A DNA stretch of 64,000 bases. Origin: Spirochaetia bacterium. Its GTDB lineage: Bacteria > Spirochaetota > Spirochaetia > SZUA-6 > Bin103. The notes below the pieces were generated by a model. That model did not search any database and was not told the origin of the DNA. It saw only the letters and a program-made list of their open reading frames with translations. Positions 9,671 to 21,140 of this stretch are shown here, in pieces. A program made the translations under genes and the position numbers. Within the stretch, counting starts at the first letter, position 1, and the number at the start of each line of letters is the position of its first letter. The stretch is from positions 1,312,001 to 1,376,000 of the forward strand of contig OZ241863.1 in assembly GCA_965203055.1 (NCBI GenBank), read 5' to 3'.

Positions 9671-10390
9671 TTAGAGCCGTTCGGGAACTTCCAGGTAACG
9701 TACCCCGGCGGCCGCGGCGCGTTCCCGGTCGGCGGCATCGATCCGATACCCGGCGATCAGTGGGACCGCCTCCTCGCCGAACACCGCGGCAAGCGTATCC
9801 GCGCTGTTGCGGCTGCGGACGATGTCGTCGGCATCGATCCGATTGGCAACTTCGACGGCGACCCAGACCGGCGTGCGTTCGCGCCGCCGCCGCCCGCGCA
9901 GAATGATGTCGGTAGCGATGACCCGGTGCTCCTGCGCCGCGCTGATACGGCCCTCGTCGGCGGCCGTTGCGACCCGATCGGCAAAATCCTCAGGACACTG
10001 GTGCACGCCGCTCTGGATGATGCGGACGCGCCGCAGCTCCATGAGCTGACTCAGCAGCGGCTGAATCCTGCGGTGCACTTTCATCTCCAGGTCCGAGCCC
10101 TTCAGGTATCCGACGTCGGTCTTGAGGCCTGCCACGTCGGTCTTGAGGACCGTCACGTCGGCCTGGAGGTCCTTCACATCGGCCTGCAGGTTCGTCACCT
10201 TGGCCTGCAGGTCCGTCACGTCCTTCTTGAGCTCGGCAATATCTTTCTCGATGCGGTCCAGCCGTGCGGGCATGCCGAGAAACTCGTTGGTGAGCATGGC
10301 GCGCAACAACATCCGCTGTGCCTCGGGGTTGGCCTGCAGCTCGGCGATGATGCGGGCCACCAGCGATTCCGGTTTCAGTTGTCCAGCCAT
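9671..10390 (-). CDS. Hypothetical protein with heptad coiled-coil repeat and possible PD-(D/E)XK-like C-terminus
   Basis: Seven heptads DIAELKK/DVTDLQA/KVTNLQA/DVKDLQA/DVTVLKT/DVAGLKT/DVGYLKG, then TDIILRG...WVAVEVA...IDADDIVRS. Confidence 0.7.
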   Translation of the reverse strand: MAGQLKPESLVARIIAELQANPEAQRMLLRAMLTNEFLGMPARLDRIEKDIAELKKDVTDLQAKVTNLQADVKDLQADVTVLKTDVAGLKTDVGYLKGSDLEMKVHRRIQPLLSQLMELRRVRIIQSGVHQCPEDFADRVATAADEGRISAAQEHRVIATDIILRGRRRRERTPVWVAVEVANRIDADDIVRSRNSADTLAAVFGEEAVPLIAGYRIDAADRERAAAAGVRYLEVPERL

Positions 10391-10610
10391 GTGTGGTCCC
10401 ACGTCCCGATCGAACCTATATGGCGAGCGCGGCTCCGGTCAAGCCTCCGGCCTCCCTCCGAAGCGCCGGGGTCGGTTGGTTGACAGCATCCGTTGACACG
10501 AAGCCGACCGGAAGGCATCTTCTGACCGTAGGAGGGGAGGCGCCCATGAAGACGGACGACCGAATCCGGCGACGCGCATGGCTCGGTCTCCTGGACCCCG
10601 CCGCCGGGTA

Positions 10611-12191
<1,581 letters not shown>

Positions 12192-12209
12192 GCGCCGCCG
12201 GCGGCCGGC

Positions 12210-13712
12210 ATGGCGACCCGTCCCAACGTACTCCTGATCACCACCGATCACTGGCCCGCGGCGCTGCTCGGCTGCGCCGGCCACCCGGTGATCCAGACTC
12301 CCACCCTCGACGCGCTGGCCGCGAGCGGCGCGCGCTTCACCAACGCCTACTCCGAGTGCCCGGTCTGCATCCCGGCGCGCCGCACCCTGATGACGGGAGT
12401 CAGCCCGCGCACCCACGGCGACCGCAACTTCGGCGAAACGCTGCCGATGCCGGCGCTGCCCACGCTGGCGGGAACCTTCTCCGGCGCCGGCTATCAGGCG
12501 TACGCGGTAGGCAAGCTGCACGTCTACCCGCAGCGCAACCGCATCGGCTTCGACGACGTGATCCTGGACGAGGAGGGGCGCGCGCAGTACGGCGTGACCG
12601 ACGACTACGAGTTGTTCCTCGGCGATGCCGGATACGCCGGGCAGCAGTTCTTCCACGGCATGAGCAACAACCGCTACGTGAGCCGGCCATGGCACCTGCC
12701 GGAGCGCACCCACGCCACCAACTGGGCCACCGCGGAGCTGGTCCGCACCATCAAGCGCCGCGACCCCACCCGCCCGGCGTTCTGGTATCTCTCCTACCGC
12801 CACCCGCATCCGCCGCTGGTGCCGCTGGCCGCCTACCTCGACCTGTACCGCGGGCAGCCGCTCGACGAGCCGCGCTGCGGCGCCTGGGCGGCCGATCCCG
12901 AGCGCCTGCCGCTGGCGTTGCGCGCCGCGCGCGAGCGCGAGGCGTACCTGGCGGCGCCGGAACAGACCGCGGCCGCCCGGCGCGCCTTCTACGCGCTCTG
13001 CACCCATATCGATCATCAGCTCAGCGTGATCCTCGGCACGTTGCGGGAGGAGGGGCTGCTCGACGCCACCGTGATCTGCTTCACCGCCGACCACGGCGAC
13101 ATGCTCGGCAACCACGGGGTGTGGGCCAAGCGGCTGTTCTACGAACCGTCGGCCAACGTGCCGTTGCTGCTGGTGGGGGCCGACGCCGCCGGCGCGCGTG
13201 TGGAGCGCGGGGTGGATCAACGCCTAGTGGGGCTGCAGGACGTGATGCCGACGCTGCTCGGCCTGGCCGGAATCGCAGTCCCGGACAGCGTGGAAGGCCG
13301 CTCGGCGGTGACCGGCGCGCCGCGCCCGTGGCTCTACGGCGAGCTGGGCGAAGATCACTTCGCCGGGCGCATGCTGCGCGCCGGGCGCTACAAACTGATC
13401 TACTACCCGGCCGGCAACCGCTGCCAGCTCTTCGATCTGCAGGCCGATCCCCATGAACTGACCGATCTGGCGGCGGCTCCCGCCGGCCCCGAGGCGGGCG
13501 CGATGCTCGCGCGCCTGCAGCGGCTGCTGATCGAGCAACTGCACGGCGGCGACCGCGCCTGGGTGCGCGCCGGCGAACTGGTGGGGGTGCCCGATCCGGC
13601 CTACCGCGCCGGCCCCAACAAGGGCCTGTCCGGCCAGCGCGGCGGCCACTGGCCGCCGCCCCCGCGCACCGACCAGCAACAGATCCAGTGGTTCACCGGC
13701 ACTACCTGCTGA
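12210..13712 (+). CDS. Cys-type sulfatase
   Basis: PNVLLITTD, CIPARRTLMTG (CxPxR), GKLH, PHPP, ADHGD. Confidence 0.93.
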   Translation: MATRPNVLLITTDHWPAALLGCAGHPVIQTPTLDALAASGARFTNAYSECPVCIPARRTLMTGVSPRTHGDRNFGETLPMPALPTLAGTFSGAGYQAYAVGKLHVYPQRNRIGFDDVILDEEGRAQYGVTDDYELFLGDAGYAGQQFFHGMSNNRYVSRPWHLPERTHATNWATAELVRTIKRRDPTRPAFWYLSYRHPHPPLVPLAAYLDLYRGQPLDEPRCGAWAADPERLPLALRAAREREAYLAAPEQTAAARRAFYALCTHIDHQLSVILGTLREEGLLDATVICFTADHGDMLGNHGVWAKRLFYEPSANVPLLLVGADAAGARVERGVDQRLVGLQDVMPTLLGLAGIAVPDSVEGRSAVTGAPRPWLYGELGEDHFAGRMLRAGRYKLIYYPAGNRCQLFDLQADPHELTDLAAAPAGPEAGAMLARLQRLLIEQLHGGDRAWVRAGELVGVPDPAYRAGPNKGLSGQRGGHWPPPPRTDQQQIQWFTGTTC

Positions 13713-14382
13713 CCGCGCCGGGGCTGTCGGGGTCGCCTGGTCCGCTGCCGGGGCTGCCCGGTCCGCTGCCGGTTTCGCCCGGTCCGCTGCCGGGTTCGCC
13801 CGGTCCGCCGCCGGGGTCGCCGGCCGGTCCGGCGCCCGGCCACGGTTCGCCGGCGGTCTGCAGCTCCTCCTGCTCCACCTTCTCGAGGAACGGGCGGAAG
13901 CCGCGCGCGAGGTAGTTGGGCAGCGCGTGCGGGTGATCGGCGGTGCAGGTGTGCAGCCACACGCGCCCGCCGCCCAGCTCGCGCGCGCGGCGCACCGCGT
14001 CGCACAACAGATGGCCGCCGAGGCCGCGCCCGGTGCAGCGCGGCACCAGTCCGAACTGCGTGATCTCCACGCCGGCCTGATCCGGTTCGCTGCCGGCCAC
14101 CAGCTCGAAGTAGCCGCCGGGGGCGCCGTCTACCCAGGCAACCCAGGTCTCCAGACCGGGGCGCCGCAGGTAGGCTTCCCAGGCGGCGTAGCTCCACGGC
14201 AGGCGCCGCGTCCAGTTCCACCGGTAGCCCACCGCGGTATACAGGAAGCGGCAGAATTCGGGGCTGACCGCGGCTACCCGCCGCAGCTCGCAGGCGGGCC
14301 GCGGCCGGGAGGGCGGGCGCAACGGCGCCCCGGCCGGCAATTCCAGCCAGGTCGTGCGCACCGGGCCGCGGGTCACGGCCAT
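13702..14382 (-). CDS. GNAT family acetyltransferase with Gly/Pro-rich tail
   Basis: FGLVPRCTGRGLGGHLL (acetyl-CoA motif A), RVWLHTC, ALPNYLARGF. Confidence 0.88.
   Translation of the reverse strand: MAVTRGPVRTTWLELPAGAPLRPPSRPRPACELRRVAAVSPEFCRFLYTAVGYRWNWTRRLPWSYAAWEAYLRRPGLETWVAWVDGAPGGYFELVAGSEPDQAGVEITQFGLVPRCTGRGLGGHLLCDAVRRARELGGGRVWLHTCTADHPHALPNYLARGFRPFLEKVEQEELQTAGEPWPGAGPAGDPGGGPGEPGSGPGETGSGPGSPGSGPGDPDSPGAVSR
13739..13822. repeat. Four imperfect 21-bp tandem repeats in the GNAT tail
   Basis: Units of the form ggtccgctgccggnnnngccc start at 13739, 13760, 13781 and 13802 and encode PGSGPGx. Confidence 0.85.
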
Positions 14383-14444
14383 GCGGTTACTTCCATGCGG
14401 TCACCTCCAATCGGCGCCTCGGCGGCGCCGGCTGCCGGCGTTGG

Positions 14445-15314
14445 TCATCTCCAGTCGGTCCACGAATGGCGCGCTTCGTAACCCGCCGCGGCGCGCGCCT
14501 TGGCGCTGCTCACGAACGACTGGCGGCCGGTCAGGTCGACCGGAATCGCGCTCAGCAGCTCCGGGCGCAGCCGCGCCACCAGCTCGCGCGACTCCTCCGG
14601 CGCGCGGTGGTCGGCCGCGGTGAGCAGGTAGCAGGAGGCGGGCGGCAGCCGCTCCGCGGCGTCGAACAGCAGGCGGTGACCGCGCGCCGCGTCGCGGATG
14701 TCGACGTAGTGCCACAGCGCCGGGTCCCACTCGGTGGTGGGGCTGACGGCGCCGGCATGCGCCTGCAGCGCCTGCGGGGTCCAGATCCAGGCCGGCCGGC
14801 AGCCGATGGCGCGGATGCCGTGCGCGCGCCAGAACCACTCCAGCAGCAACTCGCCGGCCTGCTTCGAGAACACGTAGGAGTCGGTGACCCATCCCGGGTG
14901 GTCGTCGTCCAGCGGCAGGTAGCGGTAGGTGGTGGCGCCGCCCTTGACGGTGACGATCGAGCTGGTCTGCACCACCAGCTTGACGCCCGCCTCCGCGGCC
15001 GCGGTGAGCAGGTAGTAGAGTCCGAGCACGTTCACCCGGACGGTGGTGTCGAACGGCGGCGCGGTGTCGTCGCTGCGCTCCGCGCGGTCGGTAGCGTAGG
15101 GGATCGCGCCCAGGGCGACGATCGCCTCGGCGCCGCTCTCGGCGACCACCCGCCGGCAGTCGGCCACGTCGGTCAGGTCGCCCGCCAGAAAGGGCAGGTG
15201 GGCGCGGTCCTCAGGCGGCGGGCGCAGGTCGGTGAGCGCCACCTCGTGATCGGCGAACTCGCGCGCCACGTAGCCGGCCAGCCGGCCGCTGCCGCCGGTT
15301 ATCAGTACCTTCAT
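14445..15314 (-). CDS. NAD-dependent epimerase/dehydratase
   Basis: ITGGSGRLA Rossmann motif, YVFSK (YxxxK), YVDIRDAA. Confidence 0.9.
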   Translation of the reverse strand: MKVLITGGSGRLAGYVAREFADHEVALTDLRPPPEDRAHLPFLAGDLTDVADCRRVVAESGAEAIVALGAIPYATDRAERSDDTAPPFDTTVRVNVLGLYYLLTAAAEAGVKLVVQTSSIVTVKGGATTYRYLPLDDDHPGWVTDSYVFSKQAGELLLEWFWRAHGIRAIGCRPAWIWTPQALQAHAGAVSPTTEWDPALWHYVDIRDAARGHRLLFDAAERLPPASCYLLTAADHRAPEESRELVARLRPELLSAIPVDLTGRQSFVSSAKARAAAGYEARHSWTDWR

Positions 15315-15418
15315 CCCTGCTCGACTCCTTGCCGCCGCTCAACGCCCGGGCGCGGGAACCCGCCGGCCAATCCGCCCGCCGCGGCGCCGCCAACGAGCCG
15401 GCGCCGCGCGGCGCTTGC

Positions 15419-15448
15419 TTGACGCATGTTGTAACCCACCCGTAGGAT
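15419..15448 (+). promoter_or_regulatory. Sigma70-type promoter, leaderless geometry
   Basis: TTGACG-18nt-TAGGAT-7nt-ATG(15456), no SD. Confidence 0.65.
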
Positions 15449-15455
15449 TCGCGCC

Positions 15456-16433
15456 ATGGCCAACCGGATCGAGGCCGCCGCGGTCGCGGTCGCAGTGCCT
15501 CGCCGCCAGCGCTTCATCAAGGTGCTGGTGAAGAAGCGCTACCTGTACCTGATGATGGTGCCGGTGCTGGCCTGGTACGTCATATTCCAGTACCTGCCGA
15601 TGTACGGCATCGTGCTGGCGTTTCAGGACTTCCGCTTCTCGCGCGGCTTCGCCAGCCCGTTCGTCGGCTTCGACAACTTCACCCGGCTGCTTACCGACAA
15701 GAATTTTCAGCTCGCGTTTCGCAATACCGTGGTCATAAACGTGCTGCGCTTCATCTTCGGCGTGCCCGCGCCGGTGCTGTTCGCGCTGCTGCTCAACGAG
15801 GTGTTCCACCCCGGCTACAAGCGGGTGGTGCAGACGGTGACCTACCTGCCGCACTTCGTGTCCTGGGTCGCCCTGGCCGGCATCATCAACACGCTGCTCA
15901 CCAGGGACACCGGCGCCGTCAACGTGGCGCTGGCCGCGCTCGGCTTCGAGCAGGTCGGCTTCCTGATCGACAACCGCTACTTCCGCTGGGTGCTGATCGC
16001 CACCGAGCTGTGGAAGGAGGTCGGCTGGACGTCGATCATCTATCTGGCCGCGATCGCCGGCATCGATCCGACGCTCTACGAATGCGCGCAGGTGGAGGGC
16101 GCGAAACGGCGCCAGATGGCATGGCACATCACCTTGCCATGCATCTCCAATACCGTCGCCATCATGGCGATCATCTTCCTGGGCCATATCCTGGCGATCG
16201 GCTTCGATCAGATCTTCAACCTGTACAATCCGGTGGTCTACGAAACCTCCGACATCCTCGACACCTACATCGTCAGAAACCTGCAGCAGAACCCGAAGTT
16301 CGGGCTGCTGTCCGCGGCCAGCATGATCAAGTCGGTGGTCGGGCTGGCGCTGCTGATCGCCGCCAACAACGCGGTCAAGCTGTTCGGTCTGGAAGGCATC
16401 TACGCGTCGCGCGGCGTGGGGGCGGTGCGCTGA
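15456..16433 (+). CDS. Carbohydrate ABC permease (LplB-like)
   Basis: YLPMYG, YLPHFVSWV, LYECAQVEGA. Confidence 0.92.
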   Translation: MANRIEAAAVAVAVPRRQRFIKVLVKKRYLYLMMVPVLAWYVIFQYLPMYGIVLAFQDFRFSRGFASPFVGFDNFTRLLTDKNFQLAFRNTVVINVLRFIFGVPAPVLFALLLNEVFHPGYKRVVQTVTYLPHFVSWVALAGIINTLLTRDTGAVNVALAALGFEQVGFLIDNRYFRWVLIATELWKEVGWTSIIYLAAIAGIDPTLYECAQVEGAKRRQMAWHITLPCISNTVAIMAIIFLGHILAIGFDQIFNLYNPVVYETSDILDTYIVRNLQQNPKFGLLSAASMIKSVVGLALLIAANNAVKLFGLEGIYASRGVGAVR

Positions 16434-16435
16434 AC

Positions 16436-17287
16436 ATGGCCCGCCGGCGGATGGAACCGTTCGACCTGTTCAACTATTTCCTGTTGCTGCTGGCGACGCT
16501 GGTCACGCTGTATCCGTTCTGGTACATCCTGGTGATCGCGACCGCCACCGAGCGCGGCTTCTTCGCCGACTATTACCACGTCATTCCCAAGAGCTTCACG
16601 CTGGCCAGCTTCCAGACCGCGCTGTCGCGGCCGCTGGTGTACGTCGCCTTCTTCATCAGCGTGGTGGTGACCACGGCCGGCACCGCGCTGAGCCTGCTGC
16701 TCACCTCGATGGGCGCCTACGTCCTCTCCAAGAACGACCTTCCGGGCCGCAACTTCTTCTTCCGGCTGATCATCTTCACCATGTTCTTCAGCGGCGGGCT
16801 GGTGCCGCTGTACATCCTGCTGACCTCGATGGGCATGCGCAACTCGCTGCTGGTGCTGTTCGTGCCCAACGCCATCAACACCTTCAACCTGATCCTGATG
16901 AAGAACTACTTCGCCACCTCAGTGCCGCAAAGTCTCGAAGATTCGGCCAAGATCGACGGCTACAACGAGATCCAGATCCTGTTCCTGATCGTGCTGCCCA
17001 CCTCGATGCCGATCGTGGCCACCATGGGGCTGTTCTACGCCGTGTTCTTCTGGAACGACTGGTTCTTTCCGATGCTGTTCATCTCCGACGCCAAGCTCTA
17101 TCCCCTGTCGATGGTGATGCGCAACCTGGTGGTGAACGCCTCCTCGATCTTCGTGCCGAGCGACGTCGTGCCGCAGATGCTCAAGGCCGCGGTGATCGTC
17201 ATCAGCATCGTCCCCATCATGATGGTCTATCCGTTCATTCAGAAGCACTTCGTGAAGGGCATCATGCTCGGCGCGGTCAAGGAGTAG
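16436..17287 (+). CDS. Carbohydrate ABC permease (MalG-like)
   Basis: FFSGGLVP, LEDSAKIDG, YPFIQKHFVKGIMLGAVKE; start trimmed to ATG 16436. Confidence 0.92.
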   Translation: MARRRMEPFDLFNYFLLLLATLVTLYPFWYILVIATATERGFFADYYHVIPKSFTLASFQTALSRPLVYVAFFISVVVTTAGTALSLLLTSMGAYVLSKNDLPGRNFFFRLIIFTMFFSGGLVPLYILLTSMGMRNSLLVLFVPNAINTFNLILMKNYFATSVPQSLEDSAKIDGYNEIQILFLIVLPTSMPIVATMGLFYAVFFWNDWFFPMLFISDAKLYPLSMVMRNLVVNASSIFVPSDVVPQMLKAAVIVISIVPIMMVYPFIQKHFVKGIMLGAVKE

Positions 17288-17387
17288 CGGTGCGCGGCGC
17301 GCGTCGGCCCGGCCCCGCACGACACGGCTCTGCAAGAATCAGCGCAGCGTTGTCTGCAATCTTCATATTTTCAGAAGGAGGTGTCGA

Positions 17388-19049
17388 ATGACATCAACAT
17401 CACGAACCTTTTTCAGGCGGGCAGGCGCCCGCGCCGCGGCGCGGCGGCGCCCGCGCCGCGGCGCGGCGGCGGCGGCGTGCGCCGCTCTGCTGGTCACCAT
17501 GGGCGGGGCGGTCTGGGCTGCCGGCGAGGGAGAAGCCGGAGCCGCGGGCGGCGCCGTCGAGATCGTTCCGATCAAGGTGTTCGTGCCCGGTCCGCTGCGC
17601 ATGGACCCGGAGGCCGATCCGAGCATCATGGAGATGGAGCGGCGCCTGAACATCGACTTGCAGATCGAGGGCGGCCCCTGGGATCAGGTGTGGTCGAAGC
17701 TCAATCTGATGGTCGCGTCGGGCGATCCGCTGGATATCATGCACGTCTCCAATCAGGGGCAGAACGCGTGGCAGCAGTGGGCCCAGGAGGGACTGGTCGT
17801 CAACCTCGACGAGCACGTCACCCCGGAGGAACATCCCTACAGCTACAAGGTGATGAACGCCGACACGTTCAAGCCGCTGGCGATCGATGGCGCGCACTAT
17901 TACGTGCCTGGTACCCATCACGGCGGCGACTGGCAGTTCCGCATCCGCCGCGACTGGCTGGACAACCTGGGGATGGAGATGCCGACGACGCCGGATGAGT
18001 TGTACGCGGTGCTCAAGGCGTTCAGCGAGGGCGATCCGGACGGCAACGGCAAGGACGACACCACCGGATTCGTCGCCAATGGCGACCGCAACGGCTGGGG
18101 CCTGGGGCCGATCTTCATGGCCTACAACGCCAGCGGCGGGATCAAGGATCTGGAGCTGCAGGATGACGGCACGGTGATTTCGCTGGCCACCCACGACGGC
18201 ACCCTGGAGGCGATCAAGTTCGCCAACCGGCTCTACCGCGAAGGCGCCCTGAACACCGACTTCATCAACCACGCCACCAACGAGGAGGCTTCCAATCAGT
18301 GGATCTACTCCAACCGCGGCGGCGCGTTCTGGGCGCCGGGAGCGTACGTCTTCCCGGACCGCGTGGCGCGCATCGGCGTGGCGGAGGCGCAGTTCGCGTC
18401 GCCCAATCCGCCGGTGGTCGCTCCCGGCTACAAGCTCAACGGCGGCGGCGTGGCGTGGTGGCTGCTGCTCGGCATCTCCGCCGACTCCGAGTACGTCGAC
18501 AAGTCGCTGGAGACCATCGAGTTCGCCAACAGCCGCGCGGGCCGCGAACTGTTCGTGGCCGGGGTCGAAGGCCGCCACTGGAGCAACATGGTCGACGGGC
18601 TGTACGACCTCGACTTCGAGGCCTGGAAGCAGGATTACGACGTCGACCTGGTGAACAAGTCGTGGCCGCGCTGGTGGGGCTTCTTCACCACCACCCACGG
18701 CTACATCCCGGTGGCCGAGCATCCCACTTTCGAAGAGGCGATGGCCAACGTCGAGATCTGGGCCAACCGCGCCGACTACGAGTTGGGCGGCACCTTCCGC
18801 CACGCGGTTTCGGAGTCGAAGACGTTGTTCCGGCCCAACCCGATGGATCAGGTCACCCTGGGCGAGGTGGAGGATATCCGGGTGAACCTGGACGAGAACG
18901 TGCGCGCCCCGCTGTTCGCGAAGATGCTGATCGCCGGCACCGAGGCGGAGATCGACGCGCTGTGGGCGGAGTATCAGCAGGCATTGCAGGACAACCGCTA
19001 CGCCGAGTTCCTGCAGGCCTACCAGGACTACGCCGACGCCAACCTGTAG
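17388..19049 (+). CDS. Carbohydrate ABC solute-binding protein
   Basis: SD AAGGAGG, signal peptide, IRRDWLDNLGMEMPTTPDELYAVLKAF...DPDGNGKDDT. Confidence 0.92.
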   Translation: MTSTSRTFFRRAGARAAARRRPRRGAAAAACAALLVTMGGAVWAAGEGEAGAAGGAVEIVPIKVFVPGPLRMDPEADPSIMEMERRLNIDLQIEGGPWDQVWSKLNLMVASGDPLDIMHVSNQGQNAWQQWAQEGLVVNLDEHVTPEEHPYSYKVMNADTFKPLAIDGAHYYVPGTHHGGDWQFRIRRDWLDNLGMEMPTTPDELYAVLKAFSEGDPDGNGKDDTTGFVANGDRNGWGLGPIFMAYNASGGIKDLELQDDGTVISLATHDGTLEAIKFANRLYREGALNTDFINHATNEEASNQWIYSNRGGAFWAPGAYVFPDRVARIGVAEAQFASPNPPVVAPGYKLNGGGVAWWLLLGISADSEYVDKSLETIEFANSRAGRELFVAGVEGRHWSNMVDGLYDLDFEAWKQDYDVDLVNKSWPRWWGFFTTTHGYIPVAEHPTFEEAMANVEIWANRADYELGGTFRHAVSESKTLFRPNPMDQVTLGEVEDIRVNLDENVRAPLFAKMLIAGTEAEIDALWAEYQQALQDNRYAEFLQAYQDYADANL

Positions 19050-19060
19050 CGGCGGCCCGC

Positions 19061-19104
19061 CAAGCCCGCCGCCGCAGCGTCAGCGCGGCGCGGCGGCGGG
19101 CTTG
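19061..19104. terminator. GC-rich stem-loop between convergent genes
   Basis: Perfect 15-bp inverted repeat CAAGCCCGCCGCCGC / GCGGCGGCGGGCTTG; no U-tract. Confidence 0.55.
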
Positions 19105-19239
19105 AGGCGCCGGACGGGGAGGGTCCCGCGGCCGCGCGCGGATCAGGCGGACGGATGCGGCGGTCCGGCGGCGCCGGTCGAGAGGGCTGCGGGCAGCGCG
19201 GGCGCTCTCAGCGGCGCCGCCCGGCTCACCTGGCCAGGG

Positions 19240-20232
19240 CTAGGCGGTCGGTTGCGGCGCCGGCGCCCGCTGCGGGCGCCGGTCGTAGGGCGTCCAGCCG
19301 CGCTGCGGGCCGGGCGGCCGGCGGCGTTCGTAGCTTTGGCGGAGGCGGTTGAATGCCTCCGCCGAGCGCACCTCCGAGTCGGGGGCGCGGGCGCTGCGCA
19401 CGACGAAGTCGGCCTCCGGCGGGTAGCAGGCGATCTCGCCCTCCGGCCGGTCCCAGGTGAAGTCCTGCGGGGCCTCGCCGACGTTGTTGGGCACCGCGGC
19501 GTCCTGGTAGCGCAGGTCCAGGCTCCAGCGCACCACGCCGGAGCGGTTGGGCGTCGAGCAGTGCGGCGTGAGATTGGTGAGCAGCAGGACGCCGCCGAGG
19601 GGCACCGGCACCGCGAGCGGCGCCGCCGTGGGCGGCAGGTCGGGGTCGTCGATGGCCAGGTAGCCGTGGGGGCCGTTGGCGTAGTGGCGCACCACGCCGC
19701 GGCGGTGGGCGCGCGGCATCACTTCCAGGCAGCCGTTCTCCACGGTCGCGTTCACCAGCGGGATCCAGCAGGTCACGATCAGGTCGCGGTCGCAGTGCGG
19801 GTTGAAGTACCCCGAGTCCTGGTGCCAGGGAACCACCCCGCGCCCCATGCCAGGTATCTTGGGGCGCACGCGGTAGACTGACGACGCCACGATCTCCGGC
19901 CCGATGAGGGACTCCACCACCGCCAGCAACCGGGGGTGGGTGATGACGCCGAACAGCGCCGGCCCGCTGTGCCCGCCGCCGCCCGCGCCCACGATCGGTT
20001 CGAGGATCTCCTCGGTTTCCCGGTAGATGCAGGTGAGGCGCCGTTCGAACGGTTCTTCCTCGTACAGCCGCGAGAGCTTGCCGGCGGCCTGCAGGTCGAC
20101 CGCGGCGCGGTGAATCACCGCGGTGAATTCGTCCCGCAGCGGCTCCAGATCGGCCGCCGCGAACACGTCGGGCACCAGGAGATACCCCTCGCGCTCGAAG
20201 AACTCGGTCTGCCGCCCGCTGAGTACGCTCAT
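19240..20232 (-). CDS. Phytanoyl-CoA dioxygenase (PhyH) family 2OG-Fe(II) oxygenase
   Basis: FFEREGYL, PWHQDSGY, ENGCLEVMP, PHCS...NRS...RWS; SD GGAGGAG before ATG 20232. Confidence 0.9.
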   Translation of the reverse strand: MSVLSGRQTEFFEREGYLLVPDVFAAADLEPLRDEFTAVIHRAAVDLQAAGKLSRLYEEEPFERRLTCIYRETEEILEPIVGAGGGGHSGPALFGVITHPRLLAVVESLIGPEIVASSVYRVRPKIPGMGRGVVPWHQDSGYFNPHCDRDLIVTCWIPLVNATVENGCLEVMPRAHRRGVVRHYANGPHGYLAIDDPDLPPTAAPLAVPVPLGGVLLLTNLTPHCSTPNRSGVVRWSLDLRYQDAAVPNNVGEAPQDFTWDRPEGEIACYPPEADFVVRSARAPDSEVRSAEAFNRLRQSYERRRPPGPQRGWTPYDRRPQRAPAPQPTA

Positions 20233-20372
20233 GCTCCTCCCCCTCTGCGCGCAAACTATGGTCCACATTCGCGGGCTCCGGCAACCGACACGTCCGCCGC
20301 GCGGGCGCCCACCCCCTGCGCGCGGATTGCATGCTACGATTGCGGCCGCCCAATTACAGGGAGGAGTGACCG

Positions 20373-20795
20373 GTGACCGAGGAGTGGCTGCAGTTCCTGC
20401 GCGACCTCGCGCAGCGAAGAACCGCGCAGGCGCGGCGCGAGGCGCATCGAGCGGAGCGGTTGCGGTGGCGGTGGCTGGCGGCCGGACTTGCGGAAGCGCA
20501 GCGGCTCGCGCTGACCTTTGCCGTGGTGGACCCCGATCTGCACCAAGTGGTGCTGTTCGGCTCGCTGGCCACCGGCGAGTTGGGCAACCGGCAGCCGGAC
20601 GTCGATCTGGCGGTGGAGTCCTCCCGCTACCTGCAACTGGTGGCAATCGCACTGGACAGCCCGTTCAAGGTCGATGTCGTCGATCTTGCGACCGCCCGTC
20701 CGGCCATCCGCCAGGCGGTCGCCCGCTACGGTAAGGTGATATTCGATGCACGATCGAACGCGAATCGAGACGTTGCTGGCCGAGCTGGACGCTGA
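20373..20795 (+). CDS. Minimal nucleotidyltransferase (MNT) antitoxin-like protein
   Basis: VVLFGSLA...DVDLAVE...VDVVDL (GS, DxD and third Asp). Confidence 0.85.
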   Translation: MTEEWLQFLRDLAQRRTAQARREAHRAERLRWRWLAAGLAEAQRLALTFAVVDPDLHQVVLFGSLATGELGNRQPDVDLAVESSRYLQLVAIALDSPFKVDVVDLATARPAIRQAVARYGKVIFDARSNANRDVAGRAGR

Positions 20796-20985
20796 CATCG
20801 GCGATTTGGGCGGCCCGGTCGCGGCCAACCGCAAGGCCGCCGGCCGCAACCTCTACGGCTCGCGGCTCGACCCCGACCGGGTGCGCGGCGTGCAATCTCG
20901 CGTGCCGTCCGCGGTGGCCGCGTTGCGCGCGGCGCACGACCGCTTCAGCGCCGCACTGCGAATCATTGCCGAGGCACTCGACTGA
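20746..20985 (+). pseudogene. HEPN (HepT-like) toxin remnant with central deletion
   Basis: 79 aa. The N-terminal helix is joined to RNLYGSRLDPDRV, the tail of the RH-x-x-RN-x-Y-type motif, while the preceding RH residues are absent. Overlaps the MNT gene. Confidence 0.6.
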
Positions 20986-21006
20986 CCGCCGCAAACCGGG
21001 TATCGT
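20978..21006 (+). promoter_or_regulatory. Probable tRNA promoter
   Basis: TCGACT-17nt-TATCGT, 24 nt upstream of the tRNA. Confidence 0.5.
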
Positions 21007-21030
21007 AGCGTCGTTGCCGGAGCCGTTTCG

Positions 21031-21104
21031 GGGCAATTAGCTCAGCTGGATAGAGCGCTGGCCTCCGGAGCCAGAGGTCGTGGGTTCGAATCCCGCATTG
21101 CCCG
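21031..21104 (+). tRNA. tRNA-Arg (anticodon CCG), CCA not encoded
   Basis: Acceptor stem GGGCAAT/ATTGCCC, D-arm GCTCAGCTGGATAGAGC, anticodon arm CTGGC-CTCCGGA-GCCAG, T-loop TTCGAAT. Confidence 0.97.
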
Positions 21105-21140
21105 ACTACCCGCGCCGCTCGTACGCCCGCGTCACGCGCG

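Noticed and set aside
21031..21104. tRNA-Arg as an island integration site
   Set aside because: No integrase is present and I saw no duplicated tRNA 3' end in the window.
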